From IMG/VR virus record IMGVR_UViG_3300046171_000252, positions 143,617 through 207,616 of that record: a DNA stretch of 64,000 nt; one strand, 5' to 3'. Below are positions 47,424-59,600 of this stretch, piece by piece. The position numbers and the translations under genes are program-made. The notes beneath the pieces are model-generated. The model did not search any database. It had not been told where the DNA came from and saw only the letters and a list, made by a program, of their open reading frames with translations. Position 1 is the first letter of the stretch. Each line of letters begins with the position of its first letter.

Positions 47424-48077
47424 ATGAAAATTTTTCTGGACACAGCAGACACAGAACTGATTCAAAAATATAATAATACTGGTTTGATTGATGGCATCAC
47501 CACCAATCCCACTTTGATTATGAAGAGTGGTAGAGATCCTGAGGATGTTTATCAAGAAATCAAGGACATGGGAATCAGAGACATTAGCATGGAAGTTGTT
47601 GGTAGTGCTGATGAAATGATTACCGAAGGAGTTCGTCTATTTGAGAAGTTTGGTTTCTGCACCACAGTTAAAGTTCCCATGACTCGTGATGGACTTGTGG
47701 CATGTAGTAAATTAACTGAAAAAGGTATTCGTGTTAATGTAACTCTTATCTTCTCTGCTGCACAGGCAGTTCTTGCTGCTCGTGCTGGTGCATATTATGT
47801 CTCACCTTTTGTTGGAAGACTTGATGACCAATCTATTGCCGGACTGGAAGTTGTAAGGTCTATCTCAGAACTCTATCGCATTCAAGGTGCTCCTACTCAG
47901 GTTCTTTCTGCATCTATTCGGAGTGTTCAGCGTGCAGTGAGGTCATGGTATAATGGTGCAAATGTTGTAACGATGCCACCAAGTATATTTGATCAGATGT
48001 ATGACCATATTCTAACCGATAAAGGTCTTGAAATTTTTGACCGTGATTGTGAAACAATCAAATCTAATATTGGGTAA
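47424..48077 (+). CDS. talC: transaldolase (TalC/MipB type)
   Basis: FLDTAD, TTNPTL, VKVP, VNVTLIFS, YVSPFVGRLDD, LSASIR. Confidence 0.96.
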   Translation: MKIFLDTADTELIQKYNNTGLIDGITTNPTLIMKSGRDPEDVYQEIKDMGIRDISMEVVGSADEMITEGVRLFEKFGFCTTVKVPMTRDGLVACSKLTEKGIRVNVTLIFSAAQAVLAARAGAYYVSPFVGRLDDQSIAGLEVVRSISELYRIQGAPTQVLSASIRSVQRAVRSWYNGANVVTMPPSIFDQMYDHILTDKGLEIFDRDCETIKSNIG

Positions 48078-48103
48078 TAAATAAATGTAAGACGCAATCT
48101 TTT

Positions 48104-48475
48104 ATGCCTCTCTACAATACCTTTCAAGCCTATGTTTTCAATCTCCATACAGCAAAATCATCAGAGGCAAAAAGGTTATGGAGGCAACAGATAAAGGAAG
48201 AATGGGGTTATGAGTGTGCTTATTGTGGGTCTACACATCATCTTACAATAGATCACATCGTTCCAAGAGCCAAAGGTGGCACAGACTTTACTAAAAATTG
48301 TTTGTGTGCCTGTCACAAATGCAATCAAGATAAATCATATTCTCCTATGGAAGATTGGTATCTTTCACAGGAGTTTTTTGATGTTGATAGATATGAAAGG
48401 ATTAAAAACTGGATGAAACCAGAGGACCCTATGAATCTTTATCGTTATGGTTCTAGAACAAATAAGGTCTCTTGA
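48104..48475 (+). CDS. HNH endonuclease (McrA-like)
   Basis: CAYCG...TIDHIVPRAKGG...NCLCACHKCNQDK. Confidence 0.88.
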   Translation: MPLYNTFQAYVFNLHTAKSSEAKRLWRQQIKEEWGYECAYCGSTHHLTIDHIVPRAKGGTDFTKNCLCACHKCNQDKSYSPMEDWYLSQEFFDVDRYERIKNWMKPEDPMNLYRYGSRTNKVS

Positions 48476-48481
48476 ATTTTT

Positions 48482-48489
48482 TATAAATA
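48482..48489 (+). promoter_or_regulatory. T4-type late promoter of the fibre module
   Basis: TATAAATA 46 nt before 48536. Confidence 0.75.
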
Positions 48490-48535
48490 AATCAGCAGTA
48501 TATACTGCTGTCCATGGTAAATACCGAATATTCGA

Positions 48536-50762
48536 ATGGCAACACCTATTAGAATTAAAAGGTCAGCTGTTGCTGGCAAGAAACCTACTACCTCAGACTT
48601 ACAGTTAGGCGAATTAGCTGTAAACTTTAATGATGGTAAAGTATTTCTCAAACAGGATACTAGCGGTGTCGGTGTTGGCACAAGAATTGTAGAAGTTGGA
48701 GCAGGAACTACAACTTTTGCCGGTAAGACTTTATTCGTTACTGAGAATGGTAATGATGATAATGATGGACTGAATGAAGGCAATGCAAAAGCAACGATTA
48801 AATCTGCTGTTGCCGCTGCTTCTGAGGGAGATACGGTTAAAGTATTTCCAGGAACATATGTAGAAAATAACCCAATTAATTTACCGGATAATGTTTCCGT
48901 AGAGGGAACTGAACTTCGTCGTTGTGTTGTCACACCACAAAATGGCGGACAAGATTTATTTTATGTTAGTCAAGGATGCCATCTAACAGACCTGAGTTTT
49001 GTTGGTGCTGCCGCAACTAATAATTCTGCTGCTGTTTCTTTCAGACCACTTGCTGGAGTATCATCTGATAGATTCTTTGATGCTGCCAGACTCATCCGTG
49101 AGAATATTGAATTTATTGCAGATGAAACTATTGGATATCTTGAGAGCACTGACTATCAGAATCCTGCAATCAGTGTAGATAATGCTTCTTTCAGAACAAA
49201 CATCAACCACGCAATGCGTTCCACTTGCCACGACATTACAAGAGGTGGCAACTCTAAATCTATTGGTGCTGGTCAATCATACTTCACTGGTGATAGTTTA
49301 ACCTCTGGAATTGGTGCAACACATATTGCTGCTCTGGAGTATTCGGTTGGTATTGCCAGATCATGTATCAACAATATTGGATTCTCAAAAACAAGTGGCG
49401 GAAACTATCAGACAAACTATACTCAGGTCAAGGACTTAAGTATTCAGAGTGATGGTGCATCCTATGATATTGGTAATTGTGCCAATGTTCTTTCGGCAGT
49501 CACTGTCTGTGTCGGTATTGTAACTGGTATTATTCAGAATGGTATTAATGGAGTTGCAGCAGCCACAGGATTCACCACAAACTTCCCTGGCAATAGTGGA
49601 ACAATCAACTCTGGCATTCTGACCGCATCACTGAGTCCTTTACAGGGAACTGGTATTATTACCAAAGGTCCTTACGTTAGAAACTGCACTAACTTTATTC
49701 CTGATAGTATCGGAGCAAGAATAGATGGATTCAATGCTGATGAAGGAGACCAAATAAACAGAATTGGTGTTCAAGGTTCATTCAACGTTGATTCTTATAC
49801 TCAATATAATCAAGGTGGTATCGGAGTTTCGGTAAGTAACGGAGCATATTGTCAGTTAGTTTCGCTCTTCACCATCTGTAATGACATTGCAGTTTCTGCC
49901 AGTGGCGGTGGTCAGTTAGATTTAACTAACTCAAACTCATCTTTCGGATCTCGGGGTCTTATTGCATTTGGTAGATCTGATGAAACATCCAAGGGCATTG
50001 ATCGTTATACAGGAATCGTCACTTCAACTGCCGCAGTAAGTCAGAGTCAGATTGTTGTTAGTGGTGTTGGAAGTAATAGACCCTATGATGGTCAGGCAAT
50101 TTTCTTTGATAGAAAATATAATGTAGTCAGAAAGATTGATATTACGAATGGTGGGTCTGGATATACTTCGGCACCAACTGTGACGGTTGCTGCACCTACT
50201 GGACCCGGAGTTGCCGTTCGTGCAACTGCGAGCGCAACAGTTGAGAATGGTGTTGTTACTGCAGTCAGAATATTAAGTAATGGTTCACAATATGAAGTTG
50301 TTCCTGCCGTCACTTTCTCTGGGGGGTGGTGCAGATGCTGCTGCCACGGCAGTGCTTGATCCAATTTATTATGAAGTTTCCTCGTCAACTGAACCATCTG
50401 CCGGTATCTCAACACTTACTTTGGTTCAGAATCTAAATAATGAAGTTGGAGTTGGATCAACAGCATTCTTTGCCAGACAGAGTTTACAAATTGTAAGTTC
50501 GCATTCATTCCAATACATCGGTGCAGGAAACACTATTGAACTAGCATATCCATCTCAAGGCGGAGTTGTTATTCAAGATAATGAAGTAATTGAAACTGAT
50601 GGTGCAAGAGTTGTATACACGAGCACCGACCAATCTGGTAATTTCAGAATTGGTGATGGTGTTGAAATCAATCAATCAACCGGAACAATATCCGGAAGCA
50701 TTTATGTCAAGAGTTTATTCACACAAGTAACACCATTCATTCTTGCATTAGGAGGAGATTAA
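48536..50762 (+). CDS. tailspike/fibre with beta-helix (pectin-lyase-like) region (apparent +1 error in G6 at 50321)
   Basis: IRIKRS...GELAVN fibre N-terminus; FVTENGND...TIKSA...VFPGTY; second ORF continues GGGADAAAT in shifted frame. Confidence 0.75.
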
Positions 50763-50766
50763 TCAA

Positions 50767-51108
50767 ATGGCAGTCGCAGCAGCAGCAGTAAACCAGTTCC
50801 AGACAATCACACACGTTGTTGGTATTAATACTGTTGGAATATACACAGCACCAACTGGATATACTGGTGTTGTTCTTTTAGCACAGGTGACAAACACCGA
50901 CTCAGTAACTAAGACTGTAAGTTTTGGTCATCGCAGAAGTGGAACTGATACAGAAATTGTTAAGAACTTGGCAATTCCTGCAAGTGATACTGCCAATCTT
51001 CTTCCGGGAAAGTTGGTTGTAGAAACTGGTGACACATTGACTATGGTTGGTAGCACTACCTCAACTTTGAAAGTTATTACTAGTGTTTTAGAAACATCAA
51101 ATCTCTAA
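50767..51108 (+). CDS. small beta-sandwich structural protein
   Basis: YTAP...VTN...IVKNLAIP...KLVVETGD; in late operon. Confidence 0.7.
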   Translation: MAVAAAAVNQFQTITHVVGINTVGIYTAPTGYTGVVLLAQVTNTDSVTKTVSFGHRRSGTDTEIVKNLAIPASDTANLLPGKLVVETGDTLTMVGSTTSTLKVITSVLETSNL

Positions 51109-51128
51109 TATTTTAATAAGTAGGTAAA

Positions 51129-54100
51129 ATGGCAGCACCAATTAGATTCCTTAGTGGAAGACAACAACAACAAAAAATTGGTATAGAAGGAAGTACTGAT
51201 AACCAAAAGGTATTAGAGGTTGTTGGTCAGGTTGGTATTGGCACAACAGTTTTTGAACCTTCCGTACAACTAGAAGTTCGCGGTGATGCATCAGTAAGTG
51301 GTGTTCTCACAGCAGGTAGTTTAAATATTACTGGAGATGGTGGTGTTCCTGCCAGTCTGACTGTTGAAACTTTAAATGCTACTGGTGTTTCTACATTTGG
51401 TGGTGCTGTTGATGTAAATGCCGGACTAGATGTAGATGGACAGTCTGATTTAGACGAATTGGTTGTTGCCGGTGTTGCAACCTTTAGTAATGCTGTAGAT
51501 ATTAATAGCACACTAGATGTAGATGGAGATACTCAATTAGATGATCTGAATGTTGCCGGTGTTTCCACATTCAGTTCTGTTGTCAATGCGACAGCTGCCG
51601 TCAATGCGACAGATATAATTAAAGGATACAAATATACTGCTGTTCCTTATGGAAGCACGGTTACACTTGCTGTCACTGTTGCAAGTAAGGATTCCACTCA
51701 CAGATATAATGGAACGGGAAGTGGAAATGGTTATGTAATTGATGGCATTCAGGCTCCATTTCTAACCCTAACACCTGGAAGAACATATAGATTCACGAAC
51801 AATAATACTGGGAGTCATCCTCTTAAGTTTTATCTTGAAGCAGATAAGACGACACTATATGAAACGAATGTTAATTTTCAGGATACATATACTGAAATAA
51901 CAGTAACTGATGAGACTCCAATAGTTCTCCATTATCAATGCACTGCTCATGGATACATGGGTAATGCGGTTCAGACAAATGCAAATGTTGTCAATACAAA
52001 CTATCCGGCAACAATTAGAAGCACCTTAGATGTTTCTGGTGTTTCAACCTTTACACAATTAGATGTCAGCACTGGTGGATTAGATGTTGATGGACTCACT
52101 AATTTAGATGAAGTCGTCGTTGCTGGTGTATCTACCTTTACTGGAAATATCGTTGCTGTTTCGGCAGAATTCAGTGGTAATGTAACGATTGCAGGAACCT
52201 TAACTGCGGAAGATAAGACCAATATAGATTCACTTGGAATTGTAACTGCAAGAACAGGAGTTAGAGTCGATGCTGGTGGTTTAATTGTAACTGCCGGTGT
52301 ATCTACATTCACTGATTCTGTAGACATTAATAATGGTGTTGGTGTAGTTGGTGGATTAACCGCAGATTCTTTAACTATCTCTGGAGTCACCACAGGAATT
52401 AATGCTGCCGGCATTTCATCATTCGTCAGAATAGATGTAGATGGTCAGGCTGATTTAGATGAACTGGTTGTTGCCGGTGTTGCTACATTCCAAGGTGCCG
52501 TTAATTTTGATGTTAATAGTGAAATTAATATTGGAACTGGCGTCACTATACTTGCTAATAACTTACATGTAACTGGTATTGTTTCTGCGGCACAGTTCAT
52601 CGGTGATGGTTCTGGTATTACGAATCTCCCTGGTATTAGTACCGTTGGTTCTTCATCTCTTACTGATGTTAATGTTTCTGGAACAACCACGACTGTTCAG
52701 TTAAGAGTCAGTGGTGTTGGAACTGCAGAAAAATTCTCTGTTAGTACAGGTGGATTTGACGTTGATGGTCAATCAGATCTTGATGAACTGGTTGTTGCCG
52801 GTGTATCAACCTTTAGTGCAAATACTTTTATCAATGCAGACCTTTCTGTCACCGGAGACATTGGTGCATCAGGAATCATTACTGCCACAGGAATTCAGTT
52901 AGTTGCCGGTAGTGGACTTGATGTTGGTGCCGTTGGTGTTCTGACTGCACTTTCAGTAGATGTCAGCACTGGTGGTATTGATGTAGATGGACAAGCAACC
53001 TTAGATGAAGTTGTAGTTGCTGGTGTTGCTACATTCAGTGCTCTTGCAGATGTTAATAATAGATTAGATGTTGCTGGTGGTGCTAATATTGATCAGTTAA
53101 ATGTTGCTGGTATTGCATCCTTCACTCAGTTAGATGTAAGCACTGGTGGTATTGATGTAGATGGACAGGCAACCTTAGATGAAGTTGTAGTTTCCGGTGC
53201 TTCAACATTTACTGGCACAGTTAAGATTGATGGAGCATTAGACATTGGTGTTGCCGGTGTTGATGTAGAGGGACTTACCAACTTAGATGAACTGATTGTT
53301 GCTGGTGTATCCACCTTTAGTAGCACTATTAATGGTAATGTAACTGGTAATCTAACTGGAACTGCATCAAATGCATCAGGTGCAACTGGAGACTTCTCAA
53401 TTGCAGATAAGATTGTTCATACTGGTGACACTAATACTGCTATCAGATTCCCTGCTGCCGATACATTCACTGTAGAGACTGGTGGTAGTGAAAGAGTTCG
53501 TGTAACTTCTGCCGGTAATGTTAATTTCTTAGGAAGTCTTGTTAATGTTAATGCGACTGGAGTTTCATCATTCGTCCAATTAGATGTTAGTACCGGTGGT
53601 TTAGATGTTGATGGACAAACTGATTTAGATGAACTTCAGGTTGCTGGTGTCTCCACATTCTCTGCCAAGGCAGTATTTAATACCGCATACCCATCCATAG
53701 ATGCCGACAATGAAATTCAAGTCGGCACTGCGATTCAACTGGGTAAAGCAGGTGTTATAACTGCAACATCATTCTCTGGTTCTGGTGCTAACCTGACTGG
53801 TATTGCCGCAACGGATCATGTATCCACATTTGACCTGGTTGTTGCCGGTGTCTCTACATTCGTTGGTTTTGCAACCTTTAGAGATGGATTACATGTTACT
53901 GGTGTATCTACCTTCGCTAATGCTGAATTCAATAATGTAACCACAGACTTCAATCTCACTGTTACAGGTTCAGCAGCTCTTAATGGACCTGTTACCCTAG
54001 GTTCGGATACATCAAATAGTATTCACTTCGGGGGTCGCGTTGACACTGGTATTACCCCTAAAGAAGATGATAAATACGATTTAGGTTCTTCCTCCTTGAA

Positions 54101-56594
54101 ATGGAAAGATCTTTATCTTGATGGGACTGCAAATATTGATGGACTAAATGTAACTGGTGTCTCTACATTCAATGATGATGTAAGAATACTTGCTGGTGGA
54201 TTAGATGTTACTGGTGTTGTTACTGCCACATCATTCTCTGGTTCTGGTGCAAACTTAACTGGTATTGGAACTCAAGCTACTAATGTTCAGGCACAATCAT
54301 TAACTGTTGCCGGTATTTCTACATTCAATAATGATGTAATCTTCAATAGTAGTGCAAACATTGTATTTGACAAGTCTGCTGATGCACTTGAGTTTGCGGA
54401 TACTGCAAAGGCAGTCTTTGGTGATAGTGATGACCTACAGATTTATCATAATAGTCATAGTTACATAGACCATGTAGGTGCAAATAACCTTCATATTAGA
54501 AATCAGACTGCTGACCAAGATATAACCATTCAGACTGATGATGGTTCTGGTAATCTTGCCACTTACTTCCAAGCTGAAGGTGCTAGTGGTAAAGCTTCAC
54601 TTCATTTCTACGGTGCTAAAAAACTTGCTACCAATACTGGTGGAATAGATGTTACTGGTGGCGTTAATGCAACTGGTGTCATAACTGCCACATCATTTGC
54701 TGGTGATGGTTCTGCACTGACCGGTATTGCCGCAACGGCCCATGTATCCACATTTGACCTAGTTGTTGCCGGTATATCCACATTCAATGATGATGTAAGA
54801 ATTACTGCTGGTGGCATTAATGCTGCAGGTGTTGTAACTGCCACCTCATTCTCTGGTTCTGGTGCAAACTTAACTAGTGTTGATGCCGCCACTCTGGATG
54901 GTGTTGACTCTACTTCCTTCCTTCGCAGTGATGCTGCTGACATTAAGACCTCTGGTAATCTAACATTTAATGATAATATTAAAGCTAGATTTGGTACTAG
55001 TAGTGACCTTGAGATTTACCATAATGGTACTGACTCTCACATCTCGAACACTAACGGTACTTTATACATCGATCAGGGCGTTGATGACACTGAGCTCGTT
55101 CTGAGATGCGACAATGGTTCTGGTGGATTAACGCAGTATATCCAATTGAATGGCGGTAATGGTGAAGTAAGACTTTATCATAACACTGGAGGTTTTGATG
55201 CAAAATTATCAACCAAATCTAGTGGAATAGATGTTAATGGTGGCGTTAATGCAACTGGTGTTATAACTGCCACATCATTCTCTGGTTCTGGTGCTAACCT
55301 GACTGGTATTGGAACGCAAGCTACTAATGTTCAGGCACAATCATTAACTGTTGCCGGTGTATCTACATTCAATGATGATGTAAGAATTACTGCTGGTGGT
55401 ATTAATGTTAGTGGTGTTTCAACATTCTCTGGAATTGCGACTCACATTGATACTTTACATGGACAAACATTAAAGATTGCCGGTGTTTCTACATTCCATG
55501 ATGCGGTTACAATAACAAAAGCATTAAATGCTTTAAATGTTAATGTTTTAACCACAAATCCCGCTATTAACATACAAAGAGATGGAACTACAAAAGGAAG
55601 TATTACGCCAGCATATGGTGAGTTTAGAGTACAAACAAGCAGTTCTGAAGATTTAGCACTTCAAGTAAATTCTTCTGGTGGAACTACTGGTGAAATATTT
55701 TTGAAGAGCAGTTCTCGCGAAATTCTTAAGGCGAGTCATAATGGTGGAGTTGCAGTTTCTGGAATTATTACCGCAACGGCAATTAATGTAGTTGCAGGTA
55801 GTGGACTAGATGCTGGTAATACTGGTGTTATTACTGCCACATCATTTGTTGGTGATGGTTCTGCACTGACCGGTATTGCTGCTGGTGGATCAGGAGAGTT
55901 TAATACTGGAATTACAAGTTCTAGGCAAATTGTTCCACTATCTTTTGAGTCAACGGTATTTACTTTCCCATCAACAGCAGGTAAACAATATGTAATTGAG
56001 TCTATTAATGTTGCGAATGTTGATGAGTCTGTTGGTGTCGGAACAACAGTTAATATTATCGCATCAATTCAGGATGCAACAGCAGGAGAACAAACTTATA
56101 TTGCTTATAATGTTCCTATCGTAACTGGTGGTTTGATTGAATTACTTAAGAATCCAATTGTTGCCGGTCCATCGGATGTAATTAGGATGTGGTCTACAAA
56201 TGATGCATATGTCGGAGTCAATAATGCCGCAGATGTTTATATGAATTTCACCGAACATAGTGATAGTACTGACTTTATTAGTAAGTTTGCCTCTACCGCA
56301 TCCGTTACTAGTACTGATACAACCACCCTATATACATCAACTTCTAATCCAACTGTAATTGAAAAAATTGGACTTGCAAATAGAACCGATATTGGTGATT
56401 TCCCAATTTCTATTAAAATTACAAACGGAACATCAACATCTTATCTTGCCAAAGATTTAATCATACCAAGATACTCTACTGTGGATATATTGGATAGACA
56501 AAAGAGAATTGAGACTGGTGCTAAAATTGAAGTTGAGGTTGGATCAACATCAACAATTGATATTATTATTGCCGGTAAGAAAATAACATCCTGA
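51129..56594 (+). CDS. long tail fibre-like protein (1821 aa)
   Basis: dozens of LxVAGVSTF / GVITATSFSGSG shaft repeats with inserted globular domains. Confidence 0.85.
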   Translation: MAAPIRFLSGRQQQQKIGIEGSTDNQKVLEVVGQVGIGTTVFEPSVQLEVRGDASVSGVLTAGSLNITGDGGVPASLTVETLNATGVSTFGGAVDVNAGLDVDGQSDLDELVVAGVATFSNAVDINSTLDVDGDTQLDDLNVAGVSTFSSVVNATAAVNATDIIKGYKYTAVPYGSTVTLAVTVASKDSTHRYNGTGSGNGYVIDGIQAPFLTLTPGRTYRFTNNNTGSHPLKFYLEADKTTLYETNVNFQDTYTEITVTDETPIVLHYQCTAHGYMGNAVQTNANVVNTNYPATIRSTLDVSGVSTFTQLDVSTGGLDVDGLTNLDEVVVAGVSTFTGNIVAVSAEFSGNVTIAGTLTAEDKTNIDSLGIVTARTGVRVDAGGLIVTAGVSTFTDSVDINNGVGVVGGLTADSLTISGVTTGINAAGISSFVRIDVDGQADLDELVVAGVATFQGAVNFDVNSEINIGTGVTILANNLHVTGIVSAAQFIGDGSGITNLPGISTVGSSSLTDVNVSGTTTTVQLRVSGVGTAEKFSVSTGGFDVDGQSDLDELVVAGVSTFSANTFINADLSVTGDIGASGIITATGIQLVAGSGLDVGAVGVLTALSVDVSTGGIDVDGQATLDEVVVAGVATFSALADVNNRLDVAGGANIDQLNVAGIASFTQLDVSTGGIDVDGQATLDEVVVSGASTFTGTVKIDGALDIGVAGVDVEGLTNLDELIVAGVSTFSSTINGNVTGNLTGTASNASGATGDFSIADKIVHTGDTNTAIRFPAADTFTVETGGSERVRVTSAGNVNFLGSLVNVNATGVSSFVQLDVSTGGLDVDGQTDLDELQVAGVSTFSAKAVFNTAYPSIDADNEIQVGTAIQLGKAGVITATSFSGSGANLTGIAATDHVSTFDLVVAGVSTFVGFATFRDGLHVTGVSTFANAEFNNVTTDFNLTVTGSAALNGPVTLGSDTSNSIHFGGRVDTGITPKEDDKYDLGSSSLKWKDLYLDGTANIDGLNVTGVSTFNDDVRILAGGLDVTGVVTATSFSGSGANLTGIGTQATNVQAQSLTVAGISTFNNDVIFNSSANIVFDKSADALEFADTAKAVFGDSDDLQIYHNSHSYIDHVGANNLHIRNQTADQDITIQTDDGSGNLATYFQAEGASGKASLHFYGAKKLATNTGGIDVTGGVNATGVITATSFAGDGSALTGIAATAHVSTFDLVVAGISTFNDDVRITAGGINAAGVVTATSFSGSGANLTSVDAATLDGVDSTSFLRSDAADIKTSGNLTFNDNIKARFGTSSDLEIYHNGTDSHISNTNGTLYIDQGVDDTELVLRCDNGSGGLTQYIQLNGGNGEVRLYHNTGGFDAKLSTKSSGIDVNGGVNATGVITATSFSGSGANLTGIGTQATNVQAQSLTVAGVSTFNDDVRITAGGINVSGVSTFSGIATHIDTLHGQTLKIAGVSTFHDAVTITKALNALNVNVLTTNPAINIQRDGTTKGSITPAYGEFRVQTSSSEDLALQVNSSGGTTGEIFLKSSSREILKASHNGGVAVSGIITATAINVVAGSGLDAGNTGVITATSFVGDGSALTGIAAGGSGEFNTGITSSRQIVPLSFESTVFTFPSTAGKQYVIESINVANVDESVGVGTTVNIIASIQDATAGEQTYIAYNVPIVTGGLIELLKNPIVAGPSDVIRMWSTNDAYVGVNNAADVYMNFTEHSDSTDFISKFASTASVTSTDTTTLYTSTSNPTVIEKIGLANRTDIGDFPISIKITNGTSTSYLAKDLIIPRYSTVDILDRQKRIETGAKIEVEVGSTSTIDIIIAGKKITS

Positions 56595-56606
56595 GGGTAG
56601 AGTAAA

Positions 56607-59600
56607 ATGGGAATAAGAAATGATGTATTTGGTTTAGAGCAGATTTACCAACTGCAGATAGAAGGGCAATGGTCCACGAAAGGAGATGTCTGGTTAACTC
56701 CGAGTCCTTTTGGTGCTCAGGCTCCTTTTGGTTACTTTAGTGGTGGTTCTAGTAATAGATCAGTAGTACAACGTATTGATTATTCTAATGATACAGCAAC
56801 GGCATCGGTAAGAGGGCCATTAAGTGCTGGTAGATATAATCATGCAGCAACAGGTAATGCTAATTTTGGATACCATAGTGGTGGTAGTCCTGCAAAATCA
56901 ACAGTAGAACGTATTGATTATGGTAATGATACTGCCACGTCATCACCAAAAGGGCCATTAAGTGCTGGTAGAAGAAACTTATCGGCAACAGGTAATGCTT
57001 CTTTTGGTTACTTTGGTGGTGGTAGTCCTGCTCCAAAAACAACAATAGATCGTATTGATTATTCTAATGACACCGCAACGGCAGCAGTCAAAGGACCATT
57101 AAGTTCTGCTAGATATTGGTCAGCGGCAGCAGGTAATGCTTCATTTGGTTACTTTGGTGGTGGATATATTGATAATACTCCTACAAAATCAACAGTAGAC
57201 CGTATTGATTATTCTAATGACACCGCAACAGCAGCAGTAAAAGGACCATTAAGTGTTGCTAGATATCGACTGGCAGCAACAGGCAATTCTTCTTTTGGAT
57301 ACTTTGGTGGTGGCAATGGTCCATTATCATCAGTAGACCGTATTGATTATAGTAATGACACCGCAACGGCAGCAGCAAAAGGACCATTGAGTGCTGCTAG
57401 ATATTCTATAGCAGCAACAGGTAATGCTTCCTTTGGATACTTTAGTGGTGGTTATGATAAAACATTAGTAGACCGTATTGATTATTCTAATGATACTGCA
57501 ACAGCAGCAGTCAAAGGACCGTTAAATTATGACTATATTAAAACTGCGGCATCAAGTCCTAAGGCAAATGCAGTCACAGGTTTAACAGTACTCTCAGCAT
57601 CATCACCAGCAAGAGAAAATGTAGTCCCACAAGGAACTGACTTTGGTTACTTTGGTGGTGGACGTAATCCAGCTGGATCTGGTACTGTATCAACAGTAAA
57701 CCGTATTGATTACTCAAATGATACAGCAACTGCATCAACAAAAGGACCATTAAGTAGTGCTAGATATAATGTTGCAGCAATAGGTAATGCTCCATTTGGA
57801 TACTTTGCTGGTGGTAATCCTTCAAGTGCAGTATCCACAGTAGACCGTATTGATTACTCTAATGACACCGCAACAGCAGCAGTCAAAGGACCATTAAGTG
57901 CTACTAGTGATGGTGCTGCTACTGTAGGCAATTCTGATTTTGGTTATTTTGCTGCTGCTGGTAATAAATCAACAGTAGACCGTATTGATTATACTAATGA
58001 CTCTGCAACGGCATTAGTCAGAGGACCATTAAGTTATTCAAGTTATGGTAGGGCAGGAACAGGTAATGCTGATTTTGGATATATTGGTGGAGGTGGTCCT
58101 ACATTATCAACAGTAAATCGTATTGATTATTCTAATGATACGGCAACGGCATCACCTAAAGGACCATTAAGTCTTGCTAGACGTACTATGGGAGCAACAG
58201 GTAATAGTTCTTTCGGATACTTTGGTGGTGCTTTCCCCGGTCCATATTCAACAGTAGACCGTATTGATTACTCCAATGATACTGCCACGGCATCAGTAAA
58301 AGGACCACTAAGTTCTGCTAGAGGTCAATTTGTAGCAACAGGTAATGCTTCCTTTGGTTACTTTGGTGGTGGATATGATGATAATCCCAATCAAACATCA
58401 ACAGTAGACCGTGTTGATTATTCTAATGACACCGCAACGGCAGTAGTCAAAGGACCATTAAGTGAAAAGATTCAGAACCATGCAGCATCAAGTTCCAGAG
58501 CAAATGCAATACCACTCAAAGGACCTGGTAGCTTAGAAGTTCCAATATCATTGGGTGCTTTTAGTCGTAATTTTGGACCACAAGGAACTGACTTTGGATA
58601 CTTTGGTGGTGGTGGTCCTGCTCCAAAATCAACAATAAACCGTATTGATTATTCTAATGACATGGCAACGACAGCAGTCAAAGGACCATTAGATGTTGCT
58701 AGAGCTTACTTAGCAGCAACCGGTAATCAAAACTTTGGTTACTTTGGTGGTAGTGTTGGTCCAAAATCATCAGTAGAACGTATTGATTATACTAATGATA
58801 CTGTAGAAGCATCACCAAAAGGACCATTGAGTGTTGCTAGATATTCTTTGGCAGCAACAAGTAATTCTTCCTTTGGTTACTTTGGTGGTGGAGGTCCTGG
58901 CCCATTCTCAACAGTAGATCGTATTGATTATTCTAATGATACTGCAACGGCATCAGTCAAAGGACCATTGAGTGTTGCTAGACATGGTTTGGCAGCAACA
59001 AGTAATTCTTCCTTTGGTTACTTTGGTGGAGGTATGCCTGGTAGTATTTCAACAGTAGATCGTATTGATTATTCAAATGATACCGGAACAACACCAACAA
59101 AAGGACCATTGAGTGCTGCTAGAAGATACTTGGGAGCAACGGGTAATGCCGACTTCGGTTACTTTGGTGGTGGAGGTCCTGGTAGTATTTCAACAGTAGA
59201 TCGTATTGATTATACTAATGATACTGCAACGGCATCAGTCAAAGGACCATTGAGTTATGGTAGAGATAACATAGCAGCAACGGGTAATGCTAATTTTGGT
59301 TATTTTGCTGCTGGTCCTAGTCCCAGTGCTGCATTATCAACAGTAGACCGTGTTGATTACTCTAATGACACCGCAACAGCATCAGTAAGAGGACCATTAA
59401 GTGTTAATAACTATGCTATGGGAGCAACAAGTTCCAGAGCCAATGGAATTCCGACTGAAAATATTGTAAATTATGCGGCAGGAACTCTAGGGACTCCTAA
59501 CACCGGTTACTTTGGTGGTGGTGAACCCGGATACATATCATTTGTAGAACGTATTGATTACTCTAATGACTCCGCATCGCCAGTAACAAAAGGACCATTA

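Noticed and set aside
52970-55370. Diversity-generating retroelement template/variable repeats
   Set aside because: Mismatches are not adenine-specific and no reverse transcriptase is in the window
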